Origin: an uncultured Actinomycetota bacterium
GTDB taxonomy: Bacteria > Actinomycetota > Actinomycetes > Actinomycetales > Cellulomonadaceae
NCBI GenBank assembly: GCA_963807045.1
Contig: CAWDZL010000002.1
Location: 1,664,118 to 1,728,117, forward strand
Length of the DNA: 64,000 nt
Direction: 5' to 3'
Shown: positions 28,027 through 37,647 of the stretch, in pieces
Numbering within the stretch: the first letter of the stretch is position 1
Layout: the number at the start of each line of letters is the position of its first letter
Notes under the pieces: model-generated
Seen by the model: only the letters and a program-made list of their open reading frames with translations
Database searches by the model: none
Told to the model about the DNA's origin: nothing
Program-made: the position numbers and the translations under genes

Positions 28027-29635
28027 TCAGGCGCCCGGCAGCGACCACCGCTGGGCGGTGTTGTCGTAGCAGTCCCAGATCTGGGTGCGCTGGCTGTTGA
28101 CGGCCTTGCCGTCCGGGTTGTCGATGCACTTGCCGGACTCGGGGTTCTTGTAGGAGTTCCCCGAGCGGACCCACGTCTGGTTCGACTGGCCCGGGTGGCA
28201 CTCCCAGATCTGCAGCTTCGAGCCGTTGCTGGTGCCCCAGTCCTTCACGTCGAGGCACTTGCCGAGCGCGCGGAGCGTTCCGTCGGAGCCGAAGGTCCAG
28301 CGCTGCGCGTTCGTACCGTTGCAGTCGTAGAGCTGCACGGCAGTCCCGTTGGCGTCCTTCGCCGCGGCGACGTCGAGGCACTTGCCGTCCGAGCCGGAAC
28401 GGATCGCGCCCGTCCCGGTGGTCGGCGTCGGCGTCGGCGTCGTGCCCCCACCGCCCGTGAACGAGGTGCAGCTCGATGCGGGCGCTGCGCGGGTCGCCGT
28501 CGTGCACGAGCGACTCGTGAGCGCCGACGTCGTCGAACGGGAAGGCGTAGGCGCGGCCGTCGGCCATCGCCGCGTGGATCACGCGCCCGTACAGGTTGGG
28601 CGGCGTGCTGCGGTAGTACTGCCCGGCGTCGGACACGGGCTCGGTGGTGCTCGCACCGAGCGTCCCGCGGAACAGCGCGGAGCACAGCGTCCGGGCGATC
28701 GGCCCGACCACCTGGTCGTTCGGGGCGTGCAGGGCGCCGTCACAGCCCCAGACGTCCGCCGACGACGGCCGGTTGAACGAGGCGACCTCACGGCCCGACG
28801 AGTCGGTGAACCGCATGGTGGTGCCGGACGTGCGGCCGGTGTAGCGGACCTCCGGCCGGTCGCCGAACGGCTGCACGGTGAGGTTCCGGCTCGAGTAGGC
28901 GTTCCACGCGGAGGCGATGTAGCTGTCCAGGAAGCCGGCGCTCAGCAGCCCGGCGCTCGCCGCCTTGCCCGGCGCGAGCACGCGCAGCACGGTGCCGTCG
29001 GAGCGGGTGACGACGCTGCGCGCCCACGCCGCGTCGCCCTTCAGTGCGTCGATGATCTGCTGGCGACCGCCCGCGACCAGGCGGCCGGTGGTGCGCGTCG
29101 TACCCGAGGCGCCCGTGACGCTCACGGCGTGCGGGACGGCGAACATGTCGACCTGCGAGCTGTTGAGCCACAGGCCGCCGTTGTCGTAGGTGAGCTCGCT
29201 CCAGTCGAAGAGGATGTCGCGCGACGGGTCGTTGCCCGCCCACGGGGCCGGCTGGACGAGCCCGCCGGGCGTGAGCGAGAACGGCAGCTTCTGCCCGAAC
29301 GAGAAGTAGATGCGGCCGGAGAACCCGCGCGGGACCTGCACGGTCACCGAGCCTCCGTTGGTGGGCCCGGCGATGGCGCTGTCGGGTGCGGGCGACGGCG
29401 GGTTGGCGCCCGCCGGCCACTGGTGGAACGTCCCGCCGGCATCCACCCAGCCGAGCTTGCCCGTCGACAGGTTCGTGCCCTGCACGTAGACGAACACCTG
29501 CTCGCCCCGGCCGGACTGGTTCGCGATCGTGATCGGCAGGCGGTCCGGCCCAGCCGCTGTCGCCGGTGTGGCGGCCCCTGTGATGCCGAGCACCCCCACG
29601 ATCAGCGCGGCGAGCACTATCCGTAGTTTTCGCAT
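28027..29635 (-). CDS. GH64 beta-1,3-glucanase with PT-linker and C-terminal ricin-B lectin (CBM13) domain; the two parts are in different frames with an apparent frameshift near 28450-28470
   Basis: Signal peptide (MRKLRIVLAALIVGVLGITGAATPATA), then a GH64-like catalytic region down to about 28460. In the -1 frame comes the linker GGGGTTPTPTPTTTGTG and a ricin-B domain (QxW repeats, track ORF 28027..28338). Confidence 0.7.
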
Positions 29636-29902
29636 CTTCGTTCCCTTCCCCCCAGGCGGGCCCGCGGGCAGCTCTGCCTGCGGGCGCGAGCGCACGGCAC
29701 CGCGCGCCCCCGAGGTGGCAGCGCGCGATGCCACGGCGCCGCAGAACAATTGGTATCAAACTCTGGCAATTCGTGCATCTGCACGTGTCACCTCGTGGCG
29801 GTGATTCTGCTCCGGGCTACCCGCGGCGCGCCACCAGCCGCCCGGCGACGCCGACGCCGTTCCGCCGTCGGGACCTGCACCTGCCGGCGTGAGACCGGAC
29901 GG

Positions 29903-30886
29903 TCAGTCGGCAGTGGCGCCGCAGCCGGCGGCCGCCGGCTCGGTCCCGGCCTCCGCCGCGACCACGGCGAGGCCCTCCGGCGTCGGCGGCTCGGACTCGA
30001 CGGCCGGTGCGCGGCGCGAGGCGAGGGCGGATCCCGCGAGGACGAGCACGAACCCGGCCGCGGTGAGCCAGGTGATCGGCTCGTCGAGCACGATCGCGCC
30101 GGCCGCGACCGCCACCGCCGGGTTCAGGTAGGTGACGAGCGTGCTCCGCAGGGCGCCGACCTCGGCGACCAGGGCGAAGAAGAGCATGAGCGCCGCGGCG
30201 GTGCAGATCAGACCCAGCCCGACAGCGGACGCCGTGACGCTCGCCGACGGCCATCGGTCCGGAGCGTGGGCCACGCCCGGGACCGCGTAGATCGCGGTGG
30301 CCGTGAGCAGGCTGAGCGCGATGACGCCCGTGGCGGGCGCGTCGGCGAGGTGGCGCGCCATGATCACCGGCCCGATGGCGTAGCAGAGGATCACGACGGC
30401 GAGCTCCCCGACGGCCTGCGCCTCGCCGCCGCCGCTCGTCGCGCCGCTCTCGAAGCCGACCAGCAGCGCCACGCCCGCGAAGCCGATGCCCAGCCCGAGC
30501 GCCCCGCGCGCGCCGAGGTGCTCGCTGCGGCGGGTGACCAGGGCGATCACGACCCCGACGATCGGCACCCCGGCGATGAGCAGGCCGGTCAGCGAGCTGG
30601 GCAGGTGCCGCTCGGCGTCGGTCAGGAAGAACCACGGCAGCACGATCTCGATCACGGCGTAGACGACCACCGCGCGCCAGTGCCGCAGTGCCCCGGCGAG
30701 CGCGCCCCGGGAGACCGCGAGCGGCACCATGACGAGGGAGGCGATGACGACGCGCGACAGGACGAGCGTCGTCGGGTGCAGCTCGTCGACGGCGATCTTG
30801 ATCAGCAGGTAGGGGATGCCCCACGCGACGCCGAGCCCCGCGAACAGAAGGAACGCGCGGCTCGAGCGGTGGTCGGCAGAGGTCAC
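29903..30886 (-). CDS. EamA/DMT superfamily transporter
   Basis: Ten TM helices with two EamA repeats. GTG start at 30886. The upstream extension of the track ORF runs through palindromic element 1. Confidence 0.75.
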   Translation of the reverse strand: MTSADHRSSRAFLLFAGLGVAWGIPYLLIKIAVDELHPTTLVLSRVVIASLVMVPLAVSRGALAGALRHWRAVVVYAVIEIVLPWFFLTDAERHLPSSLTGLLIAGVPIVGVVIALVTRRSEHLGARGALGLGIGFAGVALLVGFESGATSGGGEAQAVGELAVVILCYAIGPVIMARHLADAPATGVIALSLLTATAIYAVPGVAHAPDRWPSASVTASAVGLGLICTAAALMLFFALVAEVGALRSTLVTYLNPAVAVAAGAIVLDEPITWLTAAGFVLVLAGSALASRRAPAVESEPPTPEGLAVVAAEAGTEPAAAGCGATAD

Positions 30887-30906
30887 CGGGCAACCCTGCG
30901 GACGTG

Positions 30907-31060
30907 CCCCCACCCCCGTCAACCCCGCCGTCCCCCCCGCCCCCCCGCGCGCAAAGTGGAGCGAACGGCACGCGACACGCTGGCGTGTCGGTGCCGTTCG
31001 CTCCACTTTGCGGATGGAGAGGGGGTCAGGTGAGGGTGGGGGGTGACGTGGGGGTCCAGT
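30907..31060. repeat. nested palindromic element, copy 1 (C-rich arm, then 30-bp stem hairpin GCAAAGTGGAGCGAACGGCACGCGACACGC/revcomp, then G-rich arm)
   Basis: Read in the sequence. The core is 30951-31011. The right arm overlaps the 3' end of the flotillin CDS. Confidence 0.85.
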
Positions 31061-32975
31061 TGCGGAGAGCACCCGTGAGGGTTGCGGCCAGGCCCGTGAT
31101 GGCGCCCGTGTCGTTCCCGCCCACCATCACGTCCGGCACGATCTTGACGTGCCCGTCCGCGACGGCCGCAGCGATCGCGACCGCCGACGTCGCCTGCTGC
31201 CCGATGGCGGCCACCTGGGCCTCGTAGCCCGCCGCCTTCGCGAGCCCGAGCGCCTCCGTCGCCTTCGCCTCGGCCAGACCGATCGCCCGACGGCGGTCCG
31301 CCTCGGCCTCACCGGTCTTGCGGACGAACGCCGCCTCGCCGTCGGCCTGCGCGGTGCGGGCCGAGGCCTCCGCCTTCTGGATCTCGACGTTGACGTTCGC
31401 CTTCGCGAGGTCCGTCTGCATGTCGGCGGTGCCGCGGACGCGCTCGAGGTCGACACGCACCTCCTGGGCGCGCTTCTGCTCCTCGTACGTGACCCGTTCC
31501 TGGTTCGCGATCTCACGCTGGGTGAGGACGGCGACCAGCTCCGGCGGGAAGATCACGTCCTGCACGTAGACGCCGCGTGTCTCCACCTCGTACCCGCTGA
31601 GGTACCCGGTGATGTACTGCTGCGCCTGCGCCTGCACGGTGTCGCGGGTCTCGATGAACTGCACGGCCGGCAGCTGCTGGAGGGCGTTGCGGAAGTAGTT
31701 GCCCACCGCGGACTGCAGCACCTCGTTGACCAGGTTCTGCATGGTGCCGACCATCGAGATGACCTTCGGTGCTCGGCTGTCCGAGACGTGGATCTGCACC
31801 TGCAGGTCGATGCCGAAGACGAAGCCCTCACGCGACTTGCCGTCGATCGGGCTCAGCGCTTCGTCGAGGTTGTGCGCCGCCGAGGTCGTGTTCGCCCAGT
31901 TCAGCGTGATGATCGACGTCGGGACGAGCTCCGCCGCGTAGACGCGCGGGTTGATCGCGAACTTGCCGGTGCGCAGCGGCTCGTTCCAGATGCCGCGGTG
32001 GCCGGGCCGCACGATGGAGCCGAACTTGAAGTCCGCCCCGGACGTGTCGACGGTCGGGAGACCGACGTACGCCTTGATGACGGCGACCTCGCCCTGCCGG
32101 ACGACGAGCATCGGCACCAGCTCGACACGCACCAGGAACGGGTTGAGCAGGTACGAGCCGTACAGCAGCGGGTCGTGCTGGAGGCCGATGCGGCCGCCGT
32201 TGTCCAGGAACGCCTGGTAGTCCTGGTAGTTGTTGTGGACCCCGTTCTTGCTGGACAGGATCGCCTCGATCTTCTCGCTCTCCGTCGCACCGGCGGCCTC
32301 GAGCGCGGCGACGTCCTCGAACCCGCCGAGACGGCTGGCGATGTCGCTGCCCTCGGGCGCCTCGCCCTCGAGCGTGGTCACGACGCCGATGACGTCCTGA
32401 CCCTGCTGGGGCGCGATCACCGTCACGCGGAGCTGCTGGGGGAGCAGGCCGAGCGACTCGGGCGACGTGACCTGGTGGCCGCCGGCCTGCTGGATGGGCA
32501 CGCCGTACAGGCGGCTGGCCGTGAGCACGACGAACGCCAGGGGGTGCAGCGGCAGCAGCGTGCCCGGGGGCAGCACGGGCCGCTGGATGCCCTTCTGGCC
32601 ACCCTCCGCGAGGAACCCTGCGAGGTCCGTGAAGTTGCCGAACGACGGCTTGTACGCGGCGCTCTTGGCGCCGATGGGCAGGGGAGCGCCGAGCTGGGCG
32701 ATGACGACGCCGATCTCGCCCGGGTTGACCTGCACCCACGGGTGCTTCGTCACCGAGAAGACGGGCCACAGCTTGAAGCGCAGGCCGGGCATGAGGAGGC
32801 GGGCCTGGTAGCCGGCTTCCCCGTTGAACGCGATGGCCTGGTCGCCCTTGAGGCGCCGGCCGAGCCGCTTGTTGACGAGACCGACCTCACTCGCGCCGAT
32901 GAAGCGGAATGACGCCAGGAGGACGAGGAGCACGACGGCTCCGGCAACGATCCCGGCGATGACGCCAGGTGTCAT
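31026..32975 (-). CDS. flotillin-like SPFH/band-7 protein (YqiK-like)
   Basis: A 649-aa protein with an N-terminal TM, an SPFH domain, and a long EA-rich coiled coil (flotillin region). The C-terminal PT-rich tail is encoded by the repeat arm. Confidence 0.8.
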   Translation of the reverse strand: MTPGVIAGIVAGAVVLLVLLASFRFIGASEVGLVNKRLGRRLKGDQAIAFNGEAGYQARLLMPGLRFKLWPVFSVTKHPWVQVNPGEIGVVIAQLGAPLPIGAKSAAYKPSFGNFTDLAGFLAEGGQKGIQRPVLPPGTLLPLHPLAFVVLTASRLYGVPIQQAGGHQVTSPESLGLLPQQLRVTVIAPQQGQDVIGVVTTLEGEAPEGSDIASRLGGFEDVAALEAAGATESEKIEAILSSKNGVHNNYQDYQAFLDNGGRIGLQHDPLLYGSYLLNPFLVRVELVPMLVVRQGEVAVIKAYVGLPTVDTSGADFKFGSIVRPGHRGIWNEPLRTGKFAINPRVYAAELVPTSIITLNWANTTSAAHNLDEALSPIDGKSREGFVFGIDLQVQIHVSDSRAPKVISMVGTMQNLVNEVLQSAVGNYFRNALQQLPAVQFIETRDTVQAQAQQYITGYLSGYEVETRGVYVQDVIFPPELVAVLTQREIANQERVTYEEQKRAQEVRVDLERVRGTADMQTDLAKANVNVEIQKAEASARTAQADGEAAFVRKTGEAEADRRRAIGLAEAKATEALGLAKAAGYEAQVAAIGQQATSAVAIAAAVADGHVKIVPDVMVGGNDTGAITGLAATLTGALRNWTPTSPPTLT

Positions 32976-33140
32976 GGTGATGCACCGATCCTTCAGTCAG
33001 GTGTGCGCCTCGTGGCGCGCCCCGAGAGTGTGGCACCGAGATCATCCGCCGCGCGGGCCTTTCCGGGAGCCGGCGGACACCCTCCCGGGAGCCGGACGCC
33101 GCCCTTCCGGGAGCCGGACAAGCCCGATCCGTGAGCCGGA

Positions 33141-33268
33141 CGGGGGAGTCCCTCCTCTCCCCGCGGTTCCTCACGCAAAGTGGAGCGAAGTGCACCGACA
33201 CGCCAGGCGTGTCGGTGCACTTCGCTCCACTTTGCGGACGAAGGGGGGTGGGGGGCTAGGGGTGGGGG
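33141..33268. repeat. nested palindromic element, copy 2 (perfect 30-bp stem GCAAAGTGGAGCGAAGTGCACCGACACGCC/revcomp)
   Basis: Core at 33175-33235. The G-rich arm encodes the C-terminal HVPHP of the ABC ATPase. Confidence 0.85.
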
Positions 33269-33834
33269 ACGTGGACGAGCGGGGCGGCCAGGGCGTCGGC
33301 GTCGGCGCGTTCGTGGGTGACCAGCAGCATCGTGCGGCCGCCGTGGGCCTCGCGCAGGTGCGCCACCGCAAGCTCGCGCGAGGCGACATCGAGCCCCGCG
33401 AACGGCTCGTCGAGCACCGTGAGCTCGGCGCGGACCAGCAGTGCGCGGGCCAGCGCCACCTTGCGCCGCTGCCCGCCGGACAGCTCCCGCACGGGCTTGC
33501 GCAGCGCGTCGTCGTCCAGGCCGAGCGCCCGCAGCTCGGCGACCACGGCCTCGGCGTCGGCGGCCCGACCCAGCACCAGGCGCACGTTGCGCACGGCGCT
33601 GAGCTGACCGCACAGCCGGTCCTCCTGGAACGCCGCCGCCCGTCGCCGCGGAACCCCGCGCACCTCGCCGGCGTCGGGCGTCTCGAGGCCCAGCAGGAGC
33701 CGGCCGATCGTCGTCTTGCCGCTGCCGTTGGGACCCATCAGGGCCGTCACGACGCCGTCGGGCAGCGTCAGGTCCAGCCCGTCGAGGACCACCTGGTCGC
33801 CGTAGCGCTTCGTCACCCCGCGCAGCTCGATCAC
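33256..33834 (-). CDS. ABC transporter ATP-binding protein (NitT/TauT-like)
   Basis: GPNGSGKTT, LSGGQRRK, LDEPFAGLD. Its GTG start overlaps the permease stop (GTGA). Confidence 0.8.
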   Translation of the reverse strand: MIELRGVTKRYGDQVVLDGLDLTLPDGVVTALMGPNGSGKTTIGRLLLGLETPDAGEVRGVPRRRAAAFQEDRLCGQLSAVRNVRLVLGRAADAEAVVAELRALGLDDDALRKPVRELSGGQRRKVALARALLVRAELTVLDEPFAGLDVASRELAVAHLREAHGGRTMLLVTHERADADALAAPLVHVPHP

Positions 33835-34664
33835 GCCGCCGCCTCCGTCCCGGAGGGGGGCGCGACCGGCGTCGGGCGCCCAACGGCCAGTCGTCGCTCG
33901 GCGCGGCCCAGCAGCGCGACCAGGCCCTTCTCGAACCCGTAGCTCGCGGCGATGATCACGGCGGTCCAGGCGAACAGGTCGGCGCTGGAGAGGAAGAGCT
34001 TCGCCTCGTAGAGGCGTTCGCCGATGCTCCCGTCGGGCAGCCCGATCACCTCCGCCGCGACGCCGCTCTTCCAGGCGAGCCCGACGCCGAGGCGGCACGC
34101 GGCGAGGAAGAAGGGCAGCACGGCGGGCACGTCCACGGCGGTGACCCGCCGCACGAGCGGCACCTCGAAGACCGTCGCCATCTCCAGGAGCGCGCGATCG
34201 CGGTGCCGGATGCCCTCCAGCACGGTGACGTACGCGACCGGCAGCACCATCAGGAACGAGGTGATCGCGGCGAGCTTGCCGCTGTCGGCCACGAGCAGCA
34301 CCAGGATGATGAAGCTGACGACGGGCGCCGCGCGCACCGCGACGAGGAACGGCGTCAGCAGGGCGTCGGCGACCCGCGACCAGGCGGCGAGGGCCGCGAG
34401 CACGACGCCGACCGCCACGGCGAGCGCGAAGCCCACCGTGATGCGCGCGAACGAGAACCACACCGTGGACCAGAAGTCCGCCGTCGGCACGAGGTCGACG
34501 AGCCGCTCCGCGACGTCAGCAGGCGGGGCGAAGAGGAAGTCGTGCCCCACCCAGGCCGCGACGAGCTGCCAGACGGCCAGCCAGAACACGACGACCCCCA
34601 GGAGGCGCAGTGCCCCCCGGGGGTCGCGACGTGTGCGACGGTCAGCCGGCGAAGTAGAAGTCAT
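33831..34664 (-). CDS. ABC transporter permease (NitT/TauT-like)
   Basis: Six TM helices. The start (Met 34664 versus 34682) is uncertain. Confidence 0.7.
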   Translation of the reverse strand: MTSTSPADRRTRRDPRGALRLLGVVVFWLAVWQLVAAWVGHDFLFAPPADVAERLVDLVPTADFWSTVWFSFARITVGFALAVAVGVVLAALAAWSRVADALLTPFLVAVRAAPVVSFIILVLLVADSGKLAAITSFLMVLPVAYVTVLEGIRHRDRALLEMATVFEVPLVRRVTAVDVPAVLPFFLAACRLGVGLAWKSGVAAEVIGLPDGSIGERLYEAKLFLSSADLFAWTAVIIAASYGFEKGLVALLGRAERRLAVGRPTPVAPPSGTEAAA

Positions 34665-35685
34665 CGCCCGGCATCGTCCCACCGACCGAGGCGGGGTCGG
34701 CGTCGAACAGCACCTTCAGGTACCCACCGAGCGTCGTCTTCAGCTCCGCGCCGCCGATGAACGTGATGTGCGAGCCCGGGATCGCCTTCTCGGCGACCGG
34801 GGCCGCGGGCACGATGCCGGCGTCGGCGATGAGCTTCGCCGCCTCGGCGGGGTTGTCGTTCGTGAACTCCGTGGAGGCCTCGTAGTCGGTGAGGAACTGC
34901 GCGAAGGCCTCCGGGTTCTCCTCGATGAACTGCGTGCGGGCGACGACGACGCCGGTCACCAGCGCGGAGTCCTTGGCGACCGCGTCCCACTCGTCGGTGA
35001 GGCTGAGGGCCGTGCGGACCGCGGGGTTCTGCGTCTGCACGACCGTGGCGAACGGCTGGGGCAGCATCGCGATGGTCCCGGGTGCGCTGGCCAGGACGGA
35101 GGCGACCTCGGTGTGCTCGCTGCGGTAGTCGACGGTCACGTCGACGCCCGGCTCGAGGCCGTTGCTGCGCAGGATGTAGTCGAGGACGTACTCCGGCGAG
35201 GCGCCCTTGCCGGACGCGACGATCGTCTTGCCCCTGAGGTCGGCGACGCTCTGCACGGTGTCGCCCGACTCGAGGATGTCCATGACGCCGAGGGTGTTGA
35301 TCGCGGCGACCTGCACCGCGGCGCCGTCGTCGGTGAGCGTCTTGTTGTAGAGGACGGCGGCGAGGTTGGCGGGGACCATCGCGACGTCGGCCTTGCCCTG
35401 CACGACGAGCGGGACGATCTCGTCCGGGCTGCCGTACATCGTGACCTGGTAGTCCTCGGCGGCCTGGCCCGTCGTCGCCTGGTCCATGAGGTGGACGAGC
35501 CCCATCGTCGTCGGGCCCTTGAGGGACGCGATGCGGATGGTGGTGGGCTCCGCGGGCGTGGTGGCCGCGGCCTCGGCGTCGGGGGTGGTGCTCGGCGTTG
35601 CGGCGGGCTCGGTCGCGGAGCTGCAGCCGGCGAGCAGGGCTGCGACGGCGACGACGCCGGTCAGGACGCGAGAGATGCGCTTCAC
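34642..35685 (-). CDS. ABC transporter substrate-binding lipoprotein (NMT1/THI5-like)
   Basis: Signal peptide with lipobox LAGC. A periplasmic binding fold. Confidence 0.8.
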   Translation of the reverse strand: MKRISRVLTGVVAVAALLAGCSSATEPAATPSTTPDAEAAATTPAEPTTIRIASLKGPTTMGLVHLMDQATTGQAAEDYQVTMYGSPDEIVPLVVQGKADVAMVPANLAAVLYNKTLTDDGAAVQVAAINTLGVMDILESGDTVQSVADLRGKTIVASGKGASPEYVLDYILRSNGLEPGVDVTVDYRSEHTEVASVLASAPGTIAMLPQPFATVVQTQNPAVRTALSLTDEWDAVAKDSALVTGVVVARTQFIEENPEAFAQFLTDYEASTEFTNDNPAEAAKLIADAGIVPAAPVAEKAIPGSHITFIGGAELKTTLGGYLKVLFDADPASVGGTMPGDDFYFAG

Positions 35686-35833
35686 TGGGTCCTCGTTTCT
35701 CGGCGACCGACCGCCGGTCGGCGCCGGCGGTGGCGGGGTGGCTGCGCCGCCGCGAATTGGCCCGACGCGCGCCGCCGAAACCGACGTTACGGGCGTAGTC
35801 GTCCCATCACCGCGGACTTCCGACCCACCCGCT

Positions 35834-36012
35834 GCCCGCCCCTCTCTCCCCCCGCCCCGCCCCTCTCCCCACCCCAGCCGCGAGCGCTGCCACGGCGCGC
35901 GAGAACTGCCGTCTGGACGGCAGCGTTCGCGTGCCGTAGCAGCGCTCGCGGCTGGGGTGGGGCGGGGGGGAGGGGCGGGGGGTTACGGGGTGGGTGCGGG
36001 TCGGGGGCGGCG
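35834..36012. repeat. nested palindromic element, copy 3 (about 180 bp; C-rich arm, CGCGAGCGCTGCC...GGCAGCGCTCGCG core, G-rich arm)
   Basis: Read in the sequence. The arms are imperfect inverted copies of each other. The right arm supplies the C-terminal codons of the F420 reductase. Confidence 0.8.
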
Positions 36013-36639
36013 GGCGGACGCGAGGTCGGTGCGCAGCTCCTCGGCGGTGCGGCGCGGACCGTAGCCGGGGGTGTCCGGCTGGATGCGCCAGCCCTCCGCG
36101 AGGCCGTCGAGCTCCACGGTGTCGAACCCGAGCGCGTCGATCAGCTCGGCGACGGCCCGGCGCGCGTCGGCGTCGTCGGCGGCCACCACGAGCGCGCGGC
36201 GCCCCGGCGTGCCCGACGGCGTCGCGTGCTCGGTGAGGTCGGCCGCGGTGATGTGGTTGAACGCCTTCACGACGACGGAGCCCGTCAGGCGCTGCTGGAG
36301 CAGCTCGGCGGAGGTGATGCTCTCTTCGTCGAGCTCCGGGATGTGCCCGTCGCGCTGCCAGTAGTAGTTGTTCGTGTCGATCACGATCTTGCCGGCGAGG
36401 GGCTCGACCGGGACGGTGCCGATGGCGTGCAGGGGGATGGTCACGACGGCGAGGTCCGCGGCCTCGGCTGCCTCCCGTGGTGTCCCGGCCCGCGCGTGGT
36501 CGCCCAGCTCGTCGACGAGGTCCACCAGGGTGTGTGGTCCGCGGGAGTTGCTCAGGACGACGTCGTAGCCGTTCGCGACGGCCAGGCGCGCGAGCTGGGA
36601 GCCGATGTGGCCGGAGCCGATGAGTCCGATTGTGGTCAT
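35983..36639 (-). CDS. NADPH-dependent F420 reductase (Npd-like)
   Basis: N-terminal Rossmann motif (MTTIGLIGSGHIGSQLARLAVANGYDV) and F420 reductase-like overall sequence. Confidence 0.7.
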   Translation of the reverse strand: MTTIGLIGSGHIGSQLARLAVANGYDVVLSNSRGPHTLVDLVDELGDHARAGTPREAAEAADLAVVTIPLHAIGTVPVEPLAGKIVIDTNNYYWQRDGHIPELDEESITSAELLQQRLTGSVVVKAFNHITAADLTEHATPSGTPGRRALVVAADDADARRAVAELIDALGFDTVELDGLAEGWRIQPDTPGYGPRRTAEELRTDLASARRPRPAPTP

Positions 36640-36705
36640 GAGGACGTCAACCGCTGCCGCCGCGACCCATTCCCGCCCGACGCCGTGACGCCCGACACGC
36701 GACTA

Positions 36706-36806
36706 GCCCCTCCCGCGAGCGCTGCCGTCTCACGCGAGCGCTGCCGGGTGGATGGCAGCGCTCGCGTGAGACGGCAGCGCTCGGCGGAGGGGGGCGGGGG
36801 CGCGGG
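36706..36806. repeat. nested palindromic element, copy 4 (about 40-bp stem; shares CGCGAGCGCTGCC with copy 3)
   Basis: Lies in the divergent intergenic region between the F420 reductase and the alpha/beta hydrolase. Confidence 0.8.
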
Positions 36807-36832
36807 GTGTCGGTGGTGGCGGATAGCGTCCT

Positions 36833-37630
36833 GTGGTGACCTTCAGAGTGCCGTCTCGTGTTGTGCCCTGGACCCTCGTCGCCTACGGCGCGCTGCCCGA
36901 CCAGGTCGCCGAGGTGACCGTGCCCGACGGCGCTCGCGGACCCCTGCCGCTCGTCCTGCTGCTGCACGGCGGGGTGTGGCGTGAGCCGCACGACCGCGTG
37001 CACGTGCGGCCGCTCGCCTCGGCGCTCGCGCGGCTCGGGGCGATCGTGGCGAACGTCGACTATCGGCGCGTGGACGGTGCGGGCGGGTGGCCGGCGACCT
37101 TCGAGGACGCCGCGGCCGCGACCGACCTGCTCCCCGATCTGATCGAGACGGCGGGGCTCGCCCGGGTGGACCGCGGCGCCGTCGTGCTGGTCGGCCACTC
37201 GGCCGGCGGGCACCTCGCGCTCTGGTCGGCGCTGCGGGACCGGTTGCCGGAGGGTGCACCGGGGTGGCGGGCGACGGCGCCCGCGGTGACCGGCGTCGTC
37301 CCGATGGGTGCGGTCGTCGCGCTGACGGAGTTCCACGCGGGCCGCGAGGCACCGACGGTCGAGCGGCTGATGGGCGGCTCGCCGGCGCAGGTGCCGGACC
37401 GTTACCGAGCGGCGGACCCGGCGGGGCTCGGGGCGCCGGACTGCCGGACGATCCTCGTGCACGGCGGCGAGGACGAGGAGGTGCCGGTCGCGACGGCCCG
37501 CGCCTACGCGACGGCGCACCCCGAGGTCGAGCTGGTGGAGATACCGGCGACGGGCCACTTCCCGCTCATCGATCCGGCGTCCGACGCCTGGCCGGCGGTC
37601 CGCGACGCGGTCCTGAGCGCCCTGACCTGA
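36833..37630 (+). CDS. alpha/beta hydrolase (esterase/lipase-like)
   Basis: HGGVW oxyanion-hole region, GHSAGG nucleophile elbow, and a C-terminal His. Confidence 0.75.
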   Translation: MVTFRVPSRVVPWTLVAYGALPDQVAEVTVPDGARGPLPLVLLLHGGVWREPHDRVHVRPLASALARLGAIVANVDYRRVDGAGGWPATFEDAAAATDLLPDLIETAGLARVDRGAVVLVGHSAGGHLALWSALRDRLPEGAPGWRATAPAVTGVVPMGAVVALTEFHAGREAPTVERLMGGSPAQVPDRYRAADPAGLGAPDCRTILVHGGEDEEVPVATARAYATAHPEVELVEIPATGHFPLIDPASDAWPAVRDAVLSALT

Positions 37631-37647
37631 GCGCGCCTGGGCGCCGA

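Noticed and set aside
29750-31033. 427-aa plus-strand ORF
   Set aside because: It is antisense to the EamA transporter gene and runs through palindromic element 1. The composition is low-complexity.
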